37,616 nucleotides of DNA from Candidatus Woesearchaeota archaeon. GTDB lineage: Archaea; Nanobdellota; Nanobdellia; Woesearchaeales; GCA-2687795. This document shows positions 18,939 through 28,142 of the stretch, piece after piece. The stretch covers positions 1 to 37,616 of the forward strand of contig JASMCJ010000050.1 of assembly GCA_030753365.1 (NCBI GenBank), given 5' to 3'. The notes below the pieces were generated by a model. The model did not search any database. It saw only the letters and a program-made list of their open reading frames with translations, and was not told where the DNA came from. Position 1 is the stretch's first letter. Each line of letters starts with the position of its first letter. The translations under genes were made by a program, and so were the position numbers.

Positions 18939-18999
18939 TTCATCTTTCTCAACGCTAAAAACAGCAATCTTTATTAAACAAACTGAATTATCTTTCTTT

Positions 19000-20151
19000 A
19001 TGACAAACTATTCGCATTCAAGGCTTAACACATTTGGGCAATGCAAATACAAGTATAAGCTTCAATATATTGACAAGGTTAAGGTTGATATTCCCACCAC
19101 TGTTGAAGCTTTCATGGGTAGTATTGTGCATAAGACACTAGAAAAACTTTACAATGACCTTAAGTATCAAAGAGTTAATGAGCTAAAAGATTTACTTGTA
19201 ATTTATAATGATAACTGGGATAAGGAATGGATTGATGACATTCTTATAGTAAAGAAAGAGTACACTGCTGACGATTATAAGAAATCAGGCGAGAAGTTTA
19301 TTACTGATTATTATAACCATTACAAACCATTTGACCAGTTGACTATCATAGGCCTTGAAACAGAGGATACTATGCTTCTTCCTGACGGAAACAGATACCA
19401 TATAAGGATTGATAAGCTTGCCTGCAAGGATGATATTTATTATGTTTGCGATTATAAGACAAACAGGTGGATGAAAGACCAGGCTGAAGCTGATGAAGAC
19501 AGCCAGTTGGCTATGTATTCCATTTGGGTTAAGAACAGGTTTAAGGATGCAAAGAAAGTTATCCTTTTATGGCACATGCTAGCCTTTGATAAGGAAGTTG
19601 TTTCTGAAAGAACTGACGAACAGCTTCAGAAACTCCAGGATGAAACTGTTGCAAAGATTAAAGAGGTTGAAGGATGCAAAGAGTTTCCTACTACTGTTAC
19701 AAAACTTTGCGATTACTGCATTTTTAAAGAATTATGCCCCGCCTTTAAGCACGAAGCAGAATTGGGAGAGAAAACAGTTGAAGAGTTCAAGGATGATGAC
19801 GGCGTTAAGATTATTGATGAATTTTCACAATTGCAGACACAGAAGAAAGAGGTTCAAACAAAGCTGGCTGATATTAAAACAAAACTAGTTAGCTTTGCCA
19901 AACAGAAAGAGCTTAGTATTGTGTATGGCTCTAACAAGAAAGCTTCTGTAAAGCAGTATTTTAAGGTTGTTTACCCTGAAGATAAGCAGGATTTTGTTAA
20001 TCTAATCAAAGAAAAAGGCTTATATGATGAGTTTTCAGGCTTGAACTATCTTAAATTAGGTCCAAGAATTATTAAGAACACAATAGATAAGGACGTTATA
20101 GGCTTAACTCACAAAGAAGAGGATTACAGGGTTTCTCTGTCCAATAGGTAA
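19000..20151 (+). CDS. PD-(D/E)xK nuclease, RecB/AddB/Cas4-like with a 4-Cys cluster
   Basis: YSHSRLNTFGQC, GSIVHKTLE, RIDKL, DYKT, QLAMY, CDYCIFKELCP; start ATG 19000. Confidence 0.88.
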   Translation: MTNYSHSRLNTFGQCKYKYKLQYIDKVKVDIPTTVEAFMGSIVHKTLEKLYNDLKYQRVNELKDLLVIYNDNWDKEWIDDILIVKKEYTADDYKKSGEKFITDYYNHYKPFDQLTIIGLETEDTMLLPDGNRYHIRIDKLACKDDIYYVCDYKTNRWMKDQAEADEDSQLAMYSIWVKNRFKDAKKVILLWHMLAFDKEVVSERTDEQLQKLQDETVAKIKEVEGCKEFPTTVTKLCDYCIFKELCPAFKHEAELGEKTVEEFKDDDGVKIIDEFSQLQTQKKEVQTKLADIKTKLVSFAKQKELSIVYGSNKKASVKQYFKVVYPEDKQDFVNLIKEKGLYDEFSGLNYLKLGPRIIKNTIDKDVIGLTHKEEDYRVSLSNR

Positions 20152-20184
20152 TTTCTTCTATTTACTGCTAAAAAGGGACAAAAC

Positions 20185-20200
20185 CGAAAGATTTATAAAG
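20185..20200 (+). promoter_or_regulatory. Archaeal BRE/TATA promoter for the RecJ-like gene
   Basis: CGAAAG-ATTTATAAAG consensus, implying a ~110-nt 5' leader. Confidence 0.6.
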
Positions 20201-20224
20201 GATGAACCCCACCTAGACTATAAC

Positions 20225-20316
20225 AAGAGAAAAAGGGATCTAGTGGCTTTAGAATAACAAGTTTAGAAGAAGCCAATTATGGAAAATGAATTCCATAAGA
20301 ACTGATTTCTTTTTTT
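20225..20316 (+). promoter_or_regulatory. Candidate structured 5' leader (three-way junction)
   Basis: Outer stem 20225-20244/20301-20316 enclosing GGCTT/AAGCC and TTATGGAA/TTCCATAA hairpins, abutting SD GAGGT. Confidence 0.45.
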
Positions 20317-20331
20317 GAGGTAAATTAAAAT

Positions 20332-21852
20332 ATGAAAAACGAAAATAAAAATAGACCTAGTTATAATAAGGTCAAAAAGAATGTAGAATCAATAATCAAT
20401 CTTAAAGATAATGATTATTTTAAAGGTACTGTTAAGGTCCTTAGAAAGGCACAGCCAGGTCCAGTAATTCTTACTGTAAGCGATGGTTATGGTATTGTTG
20501 ATGCTGTTTCAAAGGAATGCAAGTTTGACGCAGAAGACGTTGTTGAACTTGAAGGCTATGTTAATGAAAGAGCTGGAAAGCTGCAGGTTGAAATAAAGTA
20601 TATTAAGAAGTCTGATAAAGATTTTAATGCTATAATTGACCAGAAAAGCAAGCCGGTTGAAAGAAAGTTAAGTGTTCAGTCTGATAACTTAACCATGTTG
20701 AAACCGCATTTTATAAGGATTGCTAAAAGAATAAGAAAAGCTGTTATTGAAAACCAGCCAATTATTATAAGACATCATGCTGATGCAGATGGTATCATAG
20801 CAGGGCTTTCTATTGAGAAAGCATGCAAATTATTTATGGAAGAGATTAAAGCTAATCCTGAATATAGTTTATTCAGAAGCCCTAGTAAAGCGCCTTTCTA
20901 TGAAAAGATGGACGTTTTAAGAGATATTTCTTTTACAAAGAAGCTTTTGGAAAGCCATGGGCAGAAAAAACCCTTAATTTTAGTGTTAGATAACGGTTCT
21001 ACACCAGAAGATGTGTTCGCTATGAAGACATTGAAGATATTAGGCTTTGATGTTATTGTTGTTGACCATCATAATCCAGTTGTTTTAGAGAATAATAAGA
21101 CTGCAGTATGCCCTTATGTTCTTGACCATCTTAATCCATATATGCATGGATTGGACGGCCAGTTCAGCGCAGGCATGCTTTGTTATGAAATTGGAAGACT
21201 TATTCATAAAAATTTTGAAGAGCCTTTGTTTCCAGCAGTTTCTGCTATAGGAGACAGATGCGAAATTTATGAAGCTAAAGAATACATAAAAAATTCTAAG
21301 TTAGAGTTAAGCAAGCTTCAAAAGATAGTTATTGCTATTGACTTCCTTGCATACCAGTTAAGGTTTGATAGCGGTAAAGGTATCTATAAGGATGTTTTTG
21401 ATAAGCAGGAGTTCACAGAACTTATTAATGAAGAAGTTAATAAGGGCGTTGAGACCCAGCTTCAGAGCACTCTGCCTTATCTAAGGACACAGGAAATCAA
21501 TGGAGTGATATATTCCAATATTGACATTGAGAAATATACTCTTAGGTTCACTTATCCTAATCCAGGAAAGGTTATTGGAATGATCCATGATAAAGTGGCT
21601 TTAGGCAAAGAGAATACTCCTGTGATTACCATTGGATATTTATCTGACATGGTTATCATAAGGGCTACAAAGCCAGTTCTACCTGTGGCTAAGATTATAA
21701 AGAAGCTGCAGAAGGACATTCCTCAGGCTAACCCTGATGGCGGTGGTCATGAGTGCGCTGGAAGCATTAAGTTTGTTTCTGCTCATTTAACAACCGTGCT
21801 TGAGAACATCAAGCAGCAGATAAAGGATTTGAACTTCATTGAGAAGGAATAA
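20332..21852 (+). CDS. RecJ-like DHH phosphoesterase with N-terminal OB fold
   Basis: RHHADADG, SKAPFYE, LDNGST, VDHH, GGGHECAG. Confidence 0.9.
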   Translation: MKNENKNRPSYNKVKKNVESIINLKDNDYFKGTVKVLRKAQPGPVILTVSDGYGIVDAVSKECKFDAEDVVELEGYVNERAGKLQVEIKYIKKSDKDFNAIIDQKSKPVERKLSVQSDNLTMLKPHFIRIAKRIRKAVIENQPIIIRHHADADGIIAGLSIEKACKLFMEEIKANPEYSLFRSPSKAPFYEKMDVLRDISFTKKLLESHGQKKPLILVLDNGSTPEDVFAMKTLKILGFDVIVVDHHNPVVLENNKTAVCPYVLDHLNPYMHGLDGQFSAGMLCYEIGRLIHKNFEEPLFPAVSAIGDRCEIYEAKEYIKNSKLELSKLQKIVIAIDFLAYQLRFDSGKGIYKDVFDKQEFTELINEEVNKGVETQLQSTLPYLRTQEINGVIYSNIDIEKYTLRFTYPNPGKVIGMIHDKVALGKENTPVITIGYLSDMVIIRATKPVLPVAKIIKKLQKDIPQANPDGGGHECAGSIKFVSAHLTTVLENIKQQIKDLNFIEKE

Positions 21853-21880
21853 GAAGTTTAAAGCAATAAAAAATCCCAAT

Positions 21881-21964
21881 CGCAGCAAGCTGCGGGGTAT
21901 TTTTAGTATTTAGTTTGCGTATTAAGCCGATGCAAGCATCGGGGTATAAAACCCAAACTAAATA
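21881..21964. repeat. REP-like / IS200-IS605-end-like palindromic element (two GCAAGC hairpins each followed by GGGGTAT)
   Basis: CGCAGCAAGCTGCGGGGTAT (21881-21900) and CCGATGCAAGCATCGGGGTAT (21927-21947), the latter nested in TATTTAGTTTG/CAAACTAAATA. Confidence 0.75.
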
Positions 21965-22011
21965 ATCAAACTTCCGCAACCTTTTTATATTATTTCTTTT
22001 CACAAAAGAGT

Positions 22012-22566
22012 ATGAAGAAAATATATCTTTATACTTTTGCTGTTTTACTTATTCTTATTACAGGATGTAGTAATAAAACTATGAACAAAGGTGATACTAT
22101 GACAAACAGGATTGCAGTTATTGAAACCAATTATGGTGATATGGAGATTGAATTGTTTGAGAAGAGAGCTCCCATTACAACAAAGAATTTCATTGACTTA
22201 ACAAACAAAGGATTCTATAATGGGCTTGTATTCCACAGAATCATTAAAGATTTTATGGTACAAGGCGGCGACCCTAAAGGAGATGGCACAGGCGGCCCAG
22301 GATATTCTATTAAGGATGAGTTCCATCCAGAGTTAAAGCATGAAAAGGCAGGCATCCTGTCAATGGCTAACTCAGGCCCTGACACTGGAGGCAGCCAGTT
22401 CTTTATTACTTTAGTACCTACACCTTGGCTTGATAACAAGCACGCTGTGTTCGGGCAAATCATTAAAGGTGAAGACGTTCTTGAAGAGATTGGCAATGTA
22501 GCAACTGGAGCTATGGACAAGCCAGTTGAACCGGTCACTGTAAAGAAAGTAACCATAAGATCATAA
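22012..22566 (+). CDS. Cyclophilin-type peptidyl-prolyl isomerase with lipoprotein signal peptide
   Basis: [40 protein letters not shown]; N-terminal MKK-hydrophobic-ITGC lipobox. Confidence 0.95.
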   Translation: MKKIYLYTFAVLLILITGCSNKTMNKGDTMTNRIAVIETNYGDMEIELFEKRAPITTKNFIDLTNKGFYNGLVFHRIIKDFMVQGGDPKGDGTGGPGYSIKDEFHPELKHEKAGILSMANSGPDTGGSQFFITLVPTPWLDNKHAVFGQIIKGEDVLEEIGNVATGAMDKPVEPVTVKKVTIRS

Positions 22567-22650
22567 AAATCTGCCGCAAGCATATTTTTAGGATGCCAGA
22601 GTCGGTGCTATATCCCAAGCCTTTAGGCTTGAGTTTTAGCATAGACTCTC
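22564..22650. repeat. Intergenic double hairpin (terminator-like or palindromic insert)
   Basis: TAAAAAT...ATTTTTA stem, then interrupted GAGTC..TGCTA..CAAGCCT/AGGCTTG..TAGCA..GACTC stem. Confidence 0.6.
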
Positions 22651-22714
22651 TGCAGAACAATAAAACTTTTAAACATCCTTCTTCTCTTTTTCTCCTAAAG
22701 AGAGGTGGGAATAT

Positions 22715-23473
22715 TTGTTAAAAAATACATTCTTACATATACCGGGCATAGGCGCTGATACAGAGTGTAATATATGGAAGAATGACATTCTCAGTTGGGA
22801 TGATTTCTTAGAGAACTATCGCAAGCTGCAATTATGTTCTTCAAAGAAAGAGCTTATCCATTCTCACATCAAACGCTCTATTAACGCTTATGATAACAAA
22901 GATTATGAATTCTTCCATAGAAACATGCCAGGCAGATTGCACTGGAGAGCATACAAAGAGCTTAAGGACAAATGCTGTTTTCTCGATATTGAAACTACGG
23001 GCCTTGACAAATATCATGATGATATTACTTTGATAGGATTATATGATGGTAAAGACAGCCAATTCTTTGTTAAAGACAAGAACATTGAAGAATTTAAAGA
23101 AGCAATCAAAGATTATTCTATGATAGTCACATTTAATGGAAAGTGCTTTGATATTCCTTTTATCAAGGCAAAACATCCGGATATAAATTTTGATAAGTTC
23201 CATGTGGACTTAAGGTTTGCAATGAGAGAACTAGGCTACTCTGGCGGTCTGAAAAGGATTGAAAAGCTTATGGGCATTAACAGGTCAGATGATTTGCAGG
23301 AAGTTGACGGGTTTGAAGCCGTCAGGTTATGGCATAAATACAAAAGAGGGGATAACAGCGCTTTAGAACTCTTGCTAAGATACAATCAGGCAGATATAGA
23401 GAATCTTAAGACCTTGATGGACTTTACTTTTGAAAAATTAAAGCAGAAAGAGTTTCTTTCAGTTATTCCATAA
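22715..23473 (+). CDS. RNase H-like (YprB/DEDD) exonuclease with N-terminal HhH
   Basis: HIPGIG; FLDIETTG; TFNGKCFDIP; GGLKRIE; YNQADI; TTG start behind GAGGTGG. Confidence 0.88.
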   Translation: MLKNTFLHIPGIGADTECNIWKNDILSWDDFLENYRKLQLCSSKKELIHSHIKRSINAYDNKDYEFFHRNMPGRLHWRAYKELKDKCCFLDIETTGLDKYHDDITLIGLYDGKDSQFFVKDKNIEEFKEAIKDYSMIVTFNGKCFDIPFIKAKHPDINFDKFHVDLRFAMRELGYSGGLKRIEKLMGINRSDDLQEVDGFEAVRLWHKYKRGDNSALELLLRYNQADIENLKTLMDFTFEKLKQKEFLSVIP

Positions 23474-23496
23474 GAAAAGAAAATAAGAAAGAAGCT

Positions 23497-23730
23497 TTAC
23501 ATATATCCTAAAGCTTTCTTTATTAAAGGCATAACTGCTTCTGCTTCTTCCTTTAACATTCTGCCAAGCTTTGCAAAGCTCCACTCACCATTCTGGTTCA
23601 TGTTTTCCCTTGAAAACTGAAGCTTCTTTTCTCCTTCATTATAGCTGTAAACTCCAACTTTAATTCTTGAAGTTTCAAAGCTAGCTGTCTCCGCAAATAT
23701 TTCCACGTCTAAGTTTTTATCAAATGCCAT
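23497..23730 (-). CDS. Small hypothetical protein, possible PC4/YdbC-like ssDNA-binding fold
   Basis: VYSYNEGEKKLQFSRE...WSFAKLGRM...E beta-strand-then-helix pattern. Confidence 0.6.
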   Translation of the reverse strand: MAFDKNLDVEIFAETASFETSRIKVGVYSYNEGEKKLQFSRENMNQNGEWSFAKLGRMLKEEAEAVMPLIKKALGYM

Positions 23731-23774
23731 TGTAGAAGTAAAGAAACAGGGACGGTTTTTAAAGTTTTGCTTTA

Positions 23775-24533
23775 TTATTTCTTCTTATGAACTTTCCTTA
23801 CTTTTCCTGTAATCCTTGAAAGCTCGCTGACATTTTCTGTGAAAGTTGGCAGAATCTTCTGGAACACCTTTTCCATTGCTTTTATCTCTGTACCAACATT
23901 AAGAATGTTCTGATCATACTCATTCACTTTGCCTATAAGCGCTTTATGAAGATTTTCAAAGTCTGATTTTAAATCCTTAAACTGCTGCTCTAATTTCACT
24001 ATCTTTATTTCTGTTGAATCTTTCCATTCAATGATTTTGTTAATATTTTTAACCAATTCCTGCCATTTCTCATCAATAATTGATTCCGCTATCTCTTCAA
24101 TCGCTTCCTGGTCAACAGCTGGCGCAGGTTCTTGTTCAGGCGGCGGCATTGATGGGGACGGCATTGATGGGGGCGGCATTTCAGCTCCTGGCTGAGCTGG
24201 CGGTTGCGGAGGAAGACCTCCTGCATCAGGAGGTGGCATATCACCTGGCAGCCCTCCTGGTGGTGGCGCTCCTTGCGACGGCTGAGCTCCTCCTGGTGGA
24301 TTAACAGGACCAGCTGGTCCCATTGTATCTGCCTGATTCATTGCATCAAATATCTGAGAAGATGAAAACCCTGACTGCTGTAAAGTTTGTATTATCTGAT
24401 CATTAGGTGTTCCCTGCTGCCTCATACTCATAACTTGATCTACAGGAGAATTCGGACCTGCTGCAGGACTTGGAGCGCCTGGAGCAGCTGGAGCTTGTGC
24501 TCCTTTCTTCTTACCCTTACCAAATAATGCCAT
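23775..24533 (-). CDS. Pro-rich hypothetical protein with C-terminal coiled coil
   Basis: GAGGTGA SD before ATG; helical N-domain, P/G/A-rich linker, heptad C-terminus. Confidence 0.85.
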   Translation of the reverse strand: MALFGKGKKKGAQAPAAPGAPSPAAGPNSPVDQVMSMRQQGTPNDQIIQTLQQSGFSSSQIFDAMNQADTMGPAGPVNPPGGAQPSQGAPPPGGLPGDMPPPDAGGLPPQPPAQPGAEMPPPSMPSPSMPPPEQEPAPAVDQEAIEEIAESIIDEKWQELVKNINKIIEWKDSTEIKIVKLEQQFKDLKSDFENLHKALIGKVNEYDQNILNVGTEIKAMEKVFQKILPTFTENVSELSRITGKVRKVHKKK

Positions 24534-24629
24534 GATTCACCTCTTTTTAAATATTACAAACTAACTAATCAATAAATATTAAGATAAAGTATATTTAAAC
24601 CTTTCGTTTGATAATGTTTAAGGAAGAAG

Positions 24630-25868
24630 TCAATGAATTATCCCATAACCTATTAACCTAAACCTATTGCCTATCCTTCTTGAGATAGTAACTCTTGAGC
24701 CAACTTCAGTGCATACAGGTATTTTAAGCTTGCACTTGATTTTTTTCTTTACAAACTTGACAACCTGGCCTACTGTTGCAGTGCTGTTCACATTAAGCAT
24801 CAAAAGTTCTCCTAATTTAACTGGAGAAACTTTAAGTTCCTCTTTTGAACCTACTACTCTTTCCAATAAGTGAGGCTCTATCTCAAACTCATACCATACA
24901 TCAGGCAATTTTCCTTTTAAGCCAACAACAGAGCCTGTTAAATAATCTGATTTTACGATTGAAGGGTCTAAAGAAGTCAAGATACCTATTGTACCACCAG
25001 GTTTGACGTCTTTTACAGAAGCTCCTCCACTCTTTAATCCAGTAATCTTAGCTATGATTGGCTTATTAACAGTTTGATTCTTCTCTTCTGTGATTCTTCC
25101 AGGCTTGATTTCAATCTCCTGACCAACTTTTAACACGCCTCTCTTCAACGAACCTCCTAACACTCCCCCAGTTATATCTTTAGGCTTAATGCCTGGCTTG
25201 TTTATATCAAACGACCTTGCCACAACCATTAAAGGTGTTTCTTTAGAATCTCTTTTAGGAGTTTTAATTGTTTTTTCTATGACTTCTATTAAAGGTCTAA
25301 TGTTTACCTTATGAACTGCTGATATTGGAACGATAGGAGCATCTTTGTAGATTGTATTGCTGATAAAATTCTTTATTTCCTTATAATTCTTCTTTGCCTG
25401 CGCATCATCCACAAGGTCAACTTTATTCTGCACTATCACTATATTTTTTATACCTATGATTTCAAGCGCCATAATATGCTCTCTTGTTTGCGGCTGAGGA
25501 CAGTCTTCATTAGCTGCCACAAGCAGCAATGCTCCATCCATTAATGTAGCTCCGCTTAGCATTGTAGCCATTAAGCTTTCATGCCCAGGAGCATCTACAA
25601 AGCTTACTTTTCTTATAAACTTAGCCTTGCCTTTGCATTTCTCGCATTTATCTTTTGTAGTAAATATTTTGCATTTAGCGCACTTTCTGAAAACCGCATC
25701 CGCATAACCTAATCTAATAGTAATACCTTTCTTCAACTCTTCAGAATGAGTAGCAGCCCATTTCCCGCTCAATGCTTCAAGAAGCGTTGTTTTACCATGA
25801 TCAACATGTCCTATTAAGCCTATGTTTATCTCTGGCTGTATTTCTTCTTGTTTTTGTTTAACTGTCAT
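24630..25868 (-). CDS. eif2g: Translation initiation factor aIF2 gamma subunit
   Basis: QPEINIGLIGHVDHGKT, HSEELKKGITIRLGYA, Zn knuckle, DAPGHE, PQPQTREH, RFRLIGYG. Confidence 0.97.
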   Translation of the reverse strand: MTVKQKQEEIQPEINIGLIGHVDHGKTTLLEALSGKWAATHSEELKKGITIRLGYADAVFRKCAKCKIFTTKDKCEKCKGKAKFIRKVSFVDAPGHESLMATMLSGATLMDGALLLVAANEDCPQPQTREHIMALEIIGIKNIVIVQNKVDLVDDAQAKKNYKEIKNFISNTIYKDAPIVPISAVHKVNIRPLIEVIEKTIKTPKRDSKETPLMVVARSFDINKPGIKPKDITGGVLGGSLKRGVLKVGQEIEIKPGRITEEKNQTVNKPIIAKITGLKSGGASVKDVKPGGTIGILTSLDPSIVKSDYLTGSVVGLKGKLPDVWYEFEIEPHLLERVVGSKEELKVSPVKLGELLMLNVNSTATVGQVVKFVKKKIKCKLKIPVCTEVGSRVTISRRIGNRFRLIGYGIIH

Positions 25869-25918
25869 CTAGAACATAAGAAAGCTGGATTGTTTATAAA
25901 TGTAACGACATATTCTGT

Positions 25919-26461
25919 TTATACAACTTTTTCTATTTCTTCGATTACTGTTTCAAGCTCTTTTTTACTATGCCTTTTCATTAGCTCAGCTCCAACTGCA
26001 ATACCAGTTAACATAACACATCCTATTACTGCTAAAGTTGAAGGTATTTTAGATGTTAAATATATTTGGTAAGCAGTCCATTCAGCAGAAAAATTTCTGA
26101 GTAATCCCCAAACAGGAGAATCGTTTTCAAGATGTATTATTGTATCTCTATTAGGATTATTATAATATTTAGCAACTACTGCAGAACCTGTTACAAGAGA
26201 ATCTAATCCTGGACCAAAGACACCACCAGCCATACCTCCATAAACTACATAATTTCTAGTATTTTGCATTGACTCATTAAAAATCAACCTATCAGAATCA
26301 CCTAAAGCAACACCAGCTGCACAAGAAGTAACTAATCTACCCTAATCAAATGCTAAATTACATAGTTTCAAATATGCTGTACCATAAGACTTTCTCCAGA
26401 AATTCATTATTTTATCTTCTTTGTATGCTGTATTAGAATCAGAAATTCTATGTTTGTGCAT
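25919..26461 (-). pseudogene. Hypothetical membrane protein interrupted by an in-frame TAG (26342-26344)
   Basis: Frame is open from ATG 26461 (TATA-like box ~25 nt upstream): MHKHRISDS...CNLAFD*GRLVTSCAAG..., continuing into listed ORF 25919-26287. Confidence 0.55.
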
Positions 26462-26509
26462 ATAATTTGAGAAATCTATATAATATAAATAATTTTCTAC
26501 TCTTAAGTA

Positions 26510-26839
26510 CTATAATAATTTATTTTTATAAGGAAACCTCATGAACTTCTTGCATTTAAGGCAGTAATACACAACCTTTTCCTTTTGCAGCCTTACTCTG
26601 CAGTTCACACTTGGCTTTAGGTAAGAATAGCAGTGCTTGCAAAACCTTTTCTTAAGAGGAGAGGGTATTTTCACTTTATACTTCATTGCAATCTTCCTTG
26701 CAAGGCTTACATACCTGTTAGAAAGCTTCTTGTCTTCTTTGAAAGCTGAAGCTGCTTCTTTGAACAGTTTTCTAATCCTTTCCAAAGCTGTTTTTGTTTG
26801 ATAAGCAGGTTTTGGCTTGTACGCTCTCTTGTTTGCCAT
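26510..26839 (-). CDS. rnp4: Ribonuclease P protein Rpp21
   Basis: ALERIRKLF, RYVSLARKIAMK, CKHC...CLKC, RFPY; start ATG 26839 just after the eno stop. Confidence 0.92.
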   Translation of the reverse strand: MANKRAYKPKPAYQTKTALERIRKLFKEAASAFKEDKKLSNRYVSLARKIAMKYKVKIPSPLKKRFCKHCYSYLKPSVNCRVRLQKEKVVYYCLKCKKFMRFPYKNKLL

Positions 26840-26840
26840 A

Positions 26841-28079
26841 TTATCTCCCCAGCTCTTCTTCAATCCTCAAAAGCTGATTATACTTAGCCAATCTATCACT
26901 TCTACAAGGAGCTCCTGCCTTGATTTGTCCGCAGCTTATGCCTACTGCCAAGTCTGCTATAAAACTATCAGAGGTTTCACCTGAACGGTGGCTTACCATT
27001 ACGTTCCAGTTATTATCCATTGCAAGCTTTGCAGCATCCAATGCTTCTGTCAAAGTTCCGATTTGGTTTACTTTTAGAAGCAGAGCATTACAAGCCTTAG
27101 TCTCAACCGCTTTTTTAATCCTTTCCACATTTGTTACAAGAGAATCATCTCCAACAATCTGAACCTTTCTTCCTAAATTTTCTGTTATTGCAACAAAGCC
27201 TTCAGTATCATCCTGGCTGAAAGGGTCTTCTAATGAAATTATAGGAAACTCATCAACAAGCGATTCATATACTTTCAGCAGTTTGTTTTGTGAAAGATAC
27301 TTGTCGTCAACTAAATAACCTTTTCTTGAATAAAACTCTGAAGCTGCTGCATCAATTGCAATCTTTATCCTTTTTCCATAGCCTATTTCATCAATAGCCT
27401 TTGTTATAAGCTTCAAAGGTTCTCTTACTTTGTTTAGGTTAGGCGCAAAACCACCTTCATCTCCAACATTTGTTGAAGATTTGCCATATTTCTTGCCAAT
27501 AAGCTTTTTTAATGTATGATACGTCTCAGACCCTGCTCTCAATGATTCTCTAAATGTTTTGAACTTTGGAACTATCATAAACTCCTGGAATTGCAATCTA
27601 TTATCTGCATGCTTTCCGCCGTTTATGATGTTCATATACGGTGTTGGCAAAATGAACTTTTTATTTTGGAAGAGTGCACCAATGTATTTATAGAGAGGAG
27701 TTCTCTGGGTTTTTGAAGCTAATCTGCATGCTGCCAAGCTAACGCCAAGAATAGCATTTGCACCAAGCTTTTTCTTATTAGATGTTCCATCAAGTTTTAG
27801 CATTAATTCATCAATAAGCTTCTGATTTCCACAATTCTTGTTCCTTAATCTGGGAGCAATCTTTTTATTTACATTGTTAACAGCTTTTAGAACTCCTTTG
27901 CCAAGGTATCTTTTGGTTTTGTCCCTTAGCTCTAAAGCTTCATGGATTCCTGTGCTTGCTCCTGAGGGTACTTCTTCCCTTCCACGCTTATTTTTAGAAT
28001 AAACATCAACCTCAACTGTAGGGTTGCCTCTTGAGTCAAGGATTTCCCTTGCTTTGATTCTTGTAATCTTAGAATACAT
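26841..28079 (-). CDS. eno: Enolase
   Basis: REILDSRGNPTVE, VPSGASTG, GDEGGFAP, LLKVNQIGT, SHRSGET, AKYNQLLRIEE. Confidence 0.98.
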   Translation of the reverse strand: MYSKITRIKAREILDSRGNPTVEVDVYSKNKRGREEVPSGASTGIHEALELRDKTKRYLGKGVLKAVNNVNKKIAPRLRNKNCGNQKLIDELMLKLDGTSNKKKLGANAILGVSLAACRLASKTQRTPLYKYIGALFQNKKFILPTPYMNIINGGKHADNRLQFQEFMIVPKFKTFRESLRAGSETYHTLKKLIGKKYGKSSTNVGDEGGFAPNLNKVREPLKLITKAIDEIGYGKRIKIAIDAAASEFYSRKGYLVDDKYLSQNKLLKVYESLVDEFPIISLEDPFSQDDTEGFVAITENLGRKVQIVGDDSLVTNVERIKKAVETKACNALLLKVNQIGTLTEALDAAKLAMDNNWNVMVSHRSGETSDSFIADLAVGISCGQIKAGAPCRSDRLAKYNQLLRIEEELGR

Positions 28080-28142
28080 TAAGTTCGCCTCTTTTTATGT
28101 TATTCTAATTTAGTTAGTTTATATATTTTTCTGCAAAAAGAT

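Noticed and set aside
19000-20151. cas4 as part of a CRISPR-Cas system
   Set aside because: There is no cas1/cas2 or array in the window, and the length and C-terminal extension fit a stand-alone PD-(D/E)xK nuclease.
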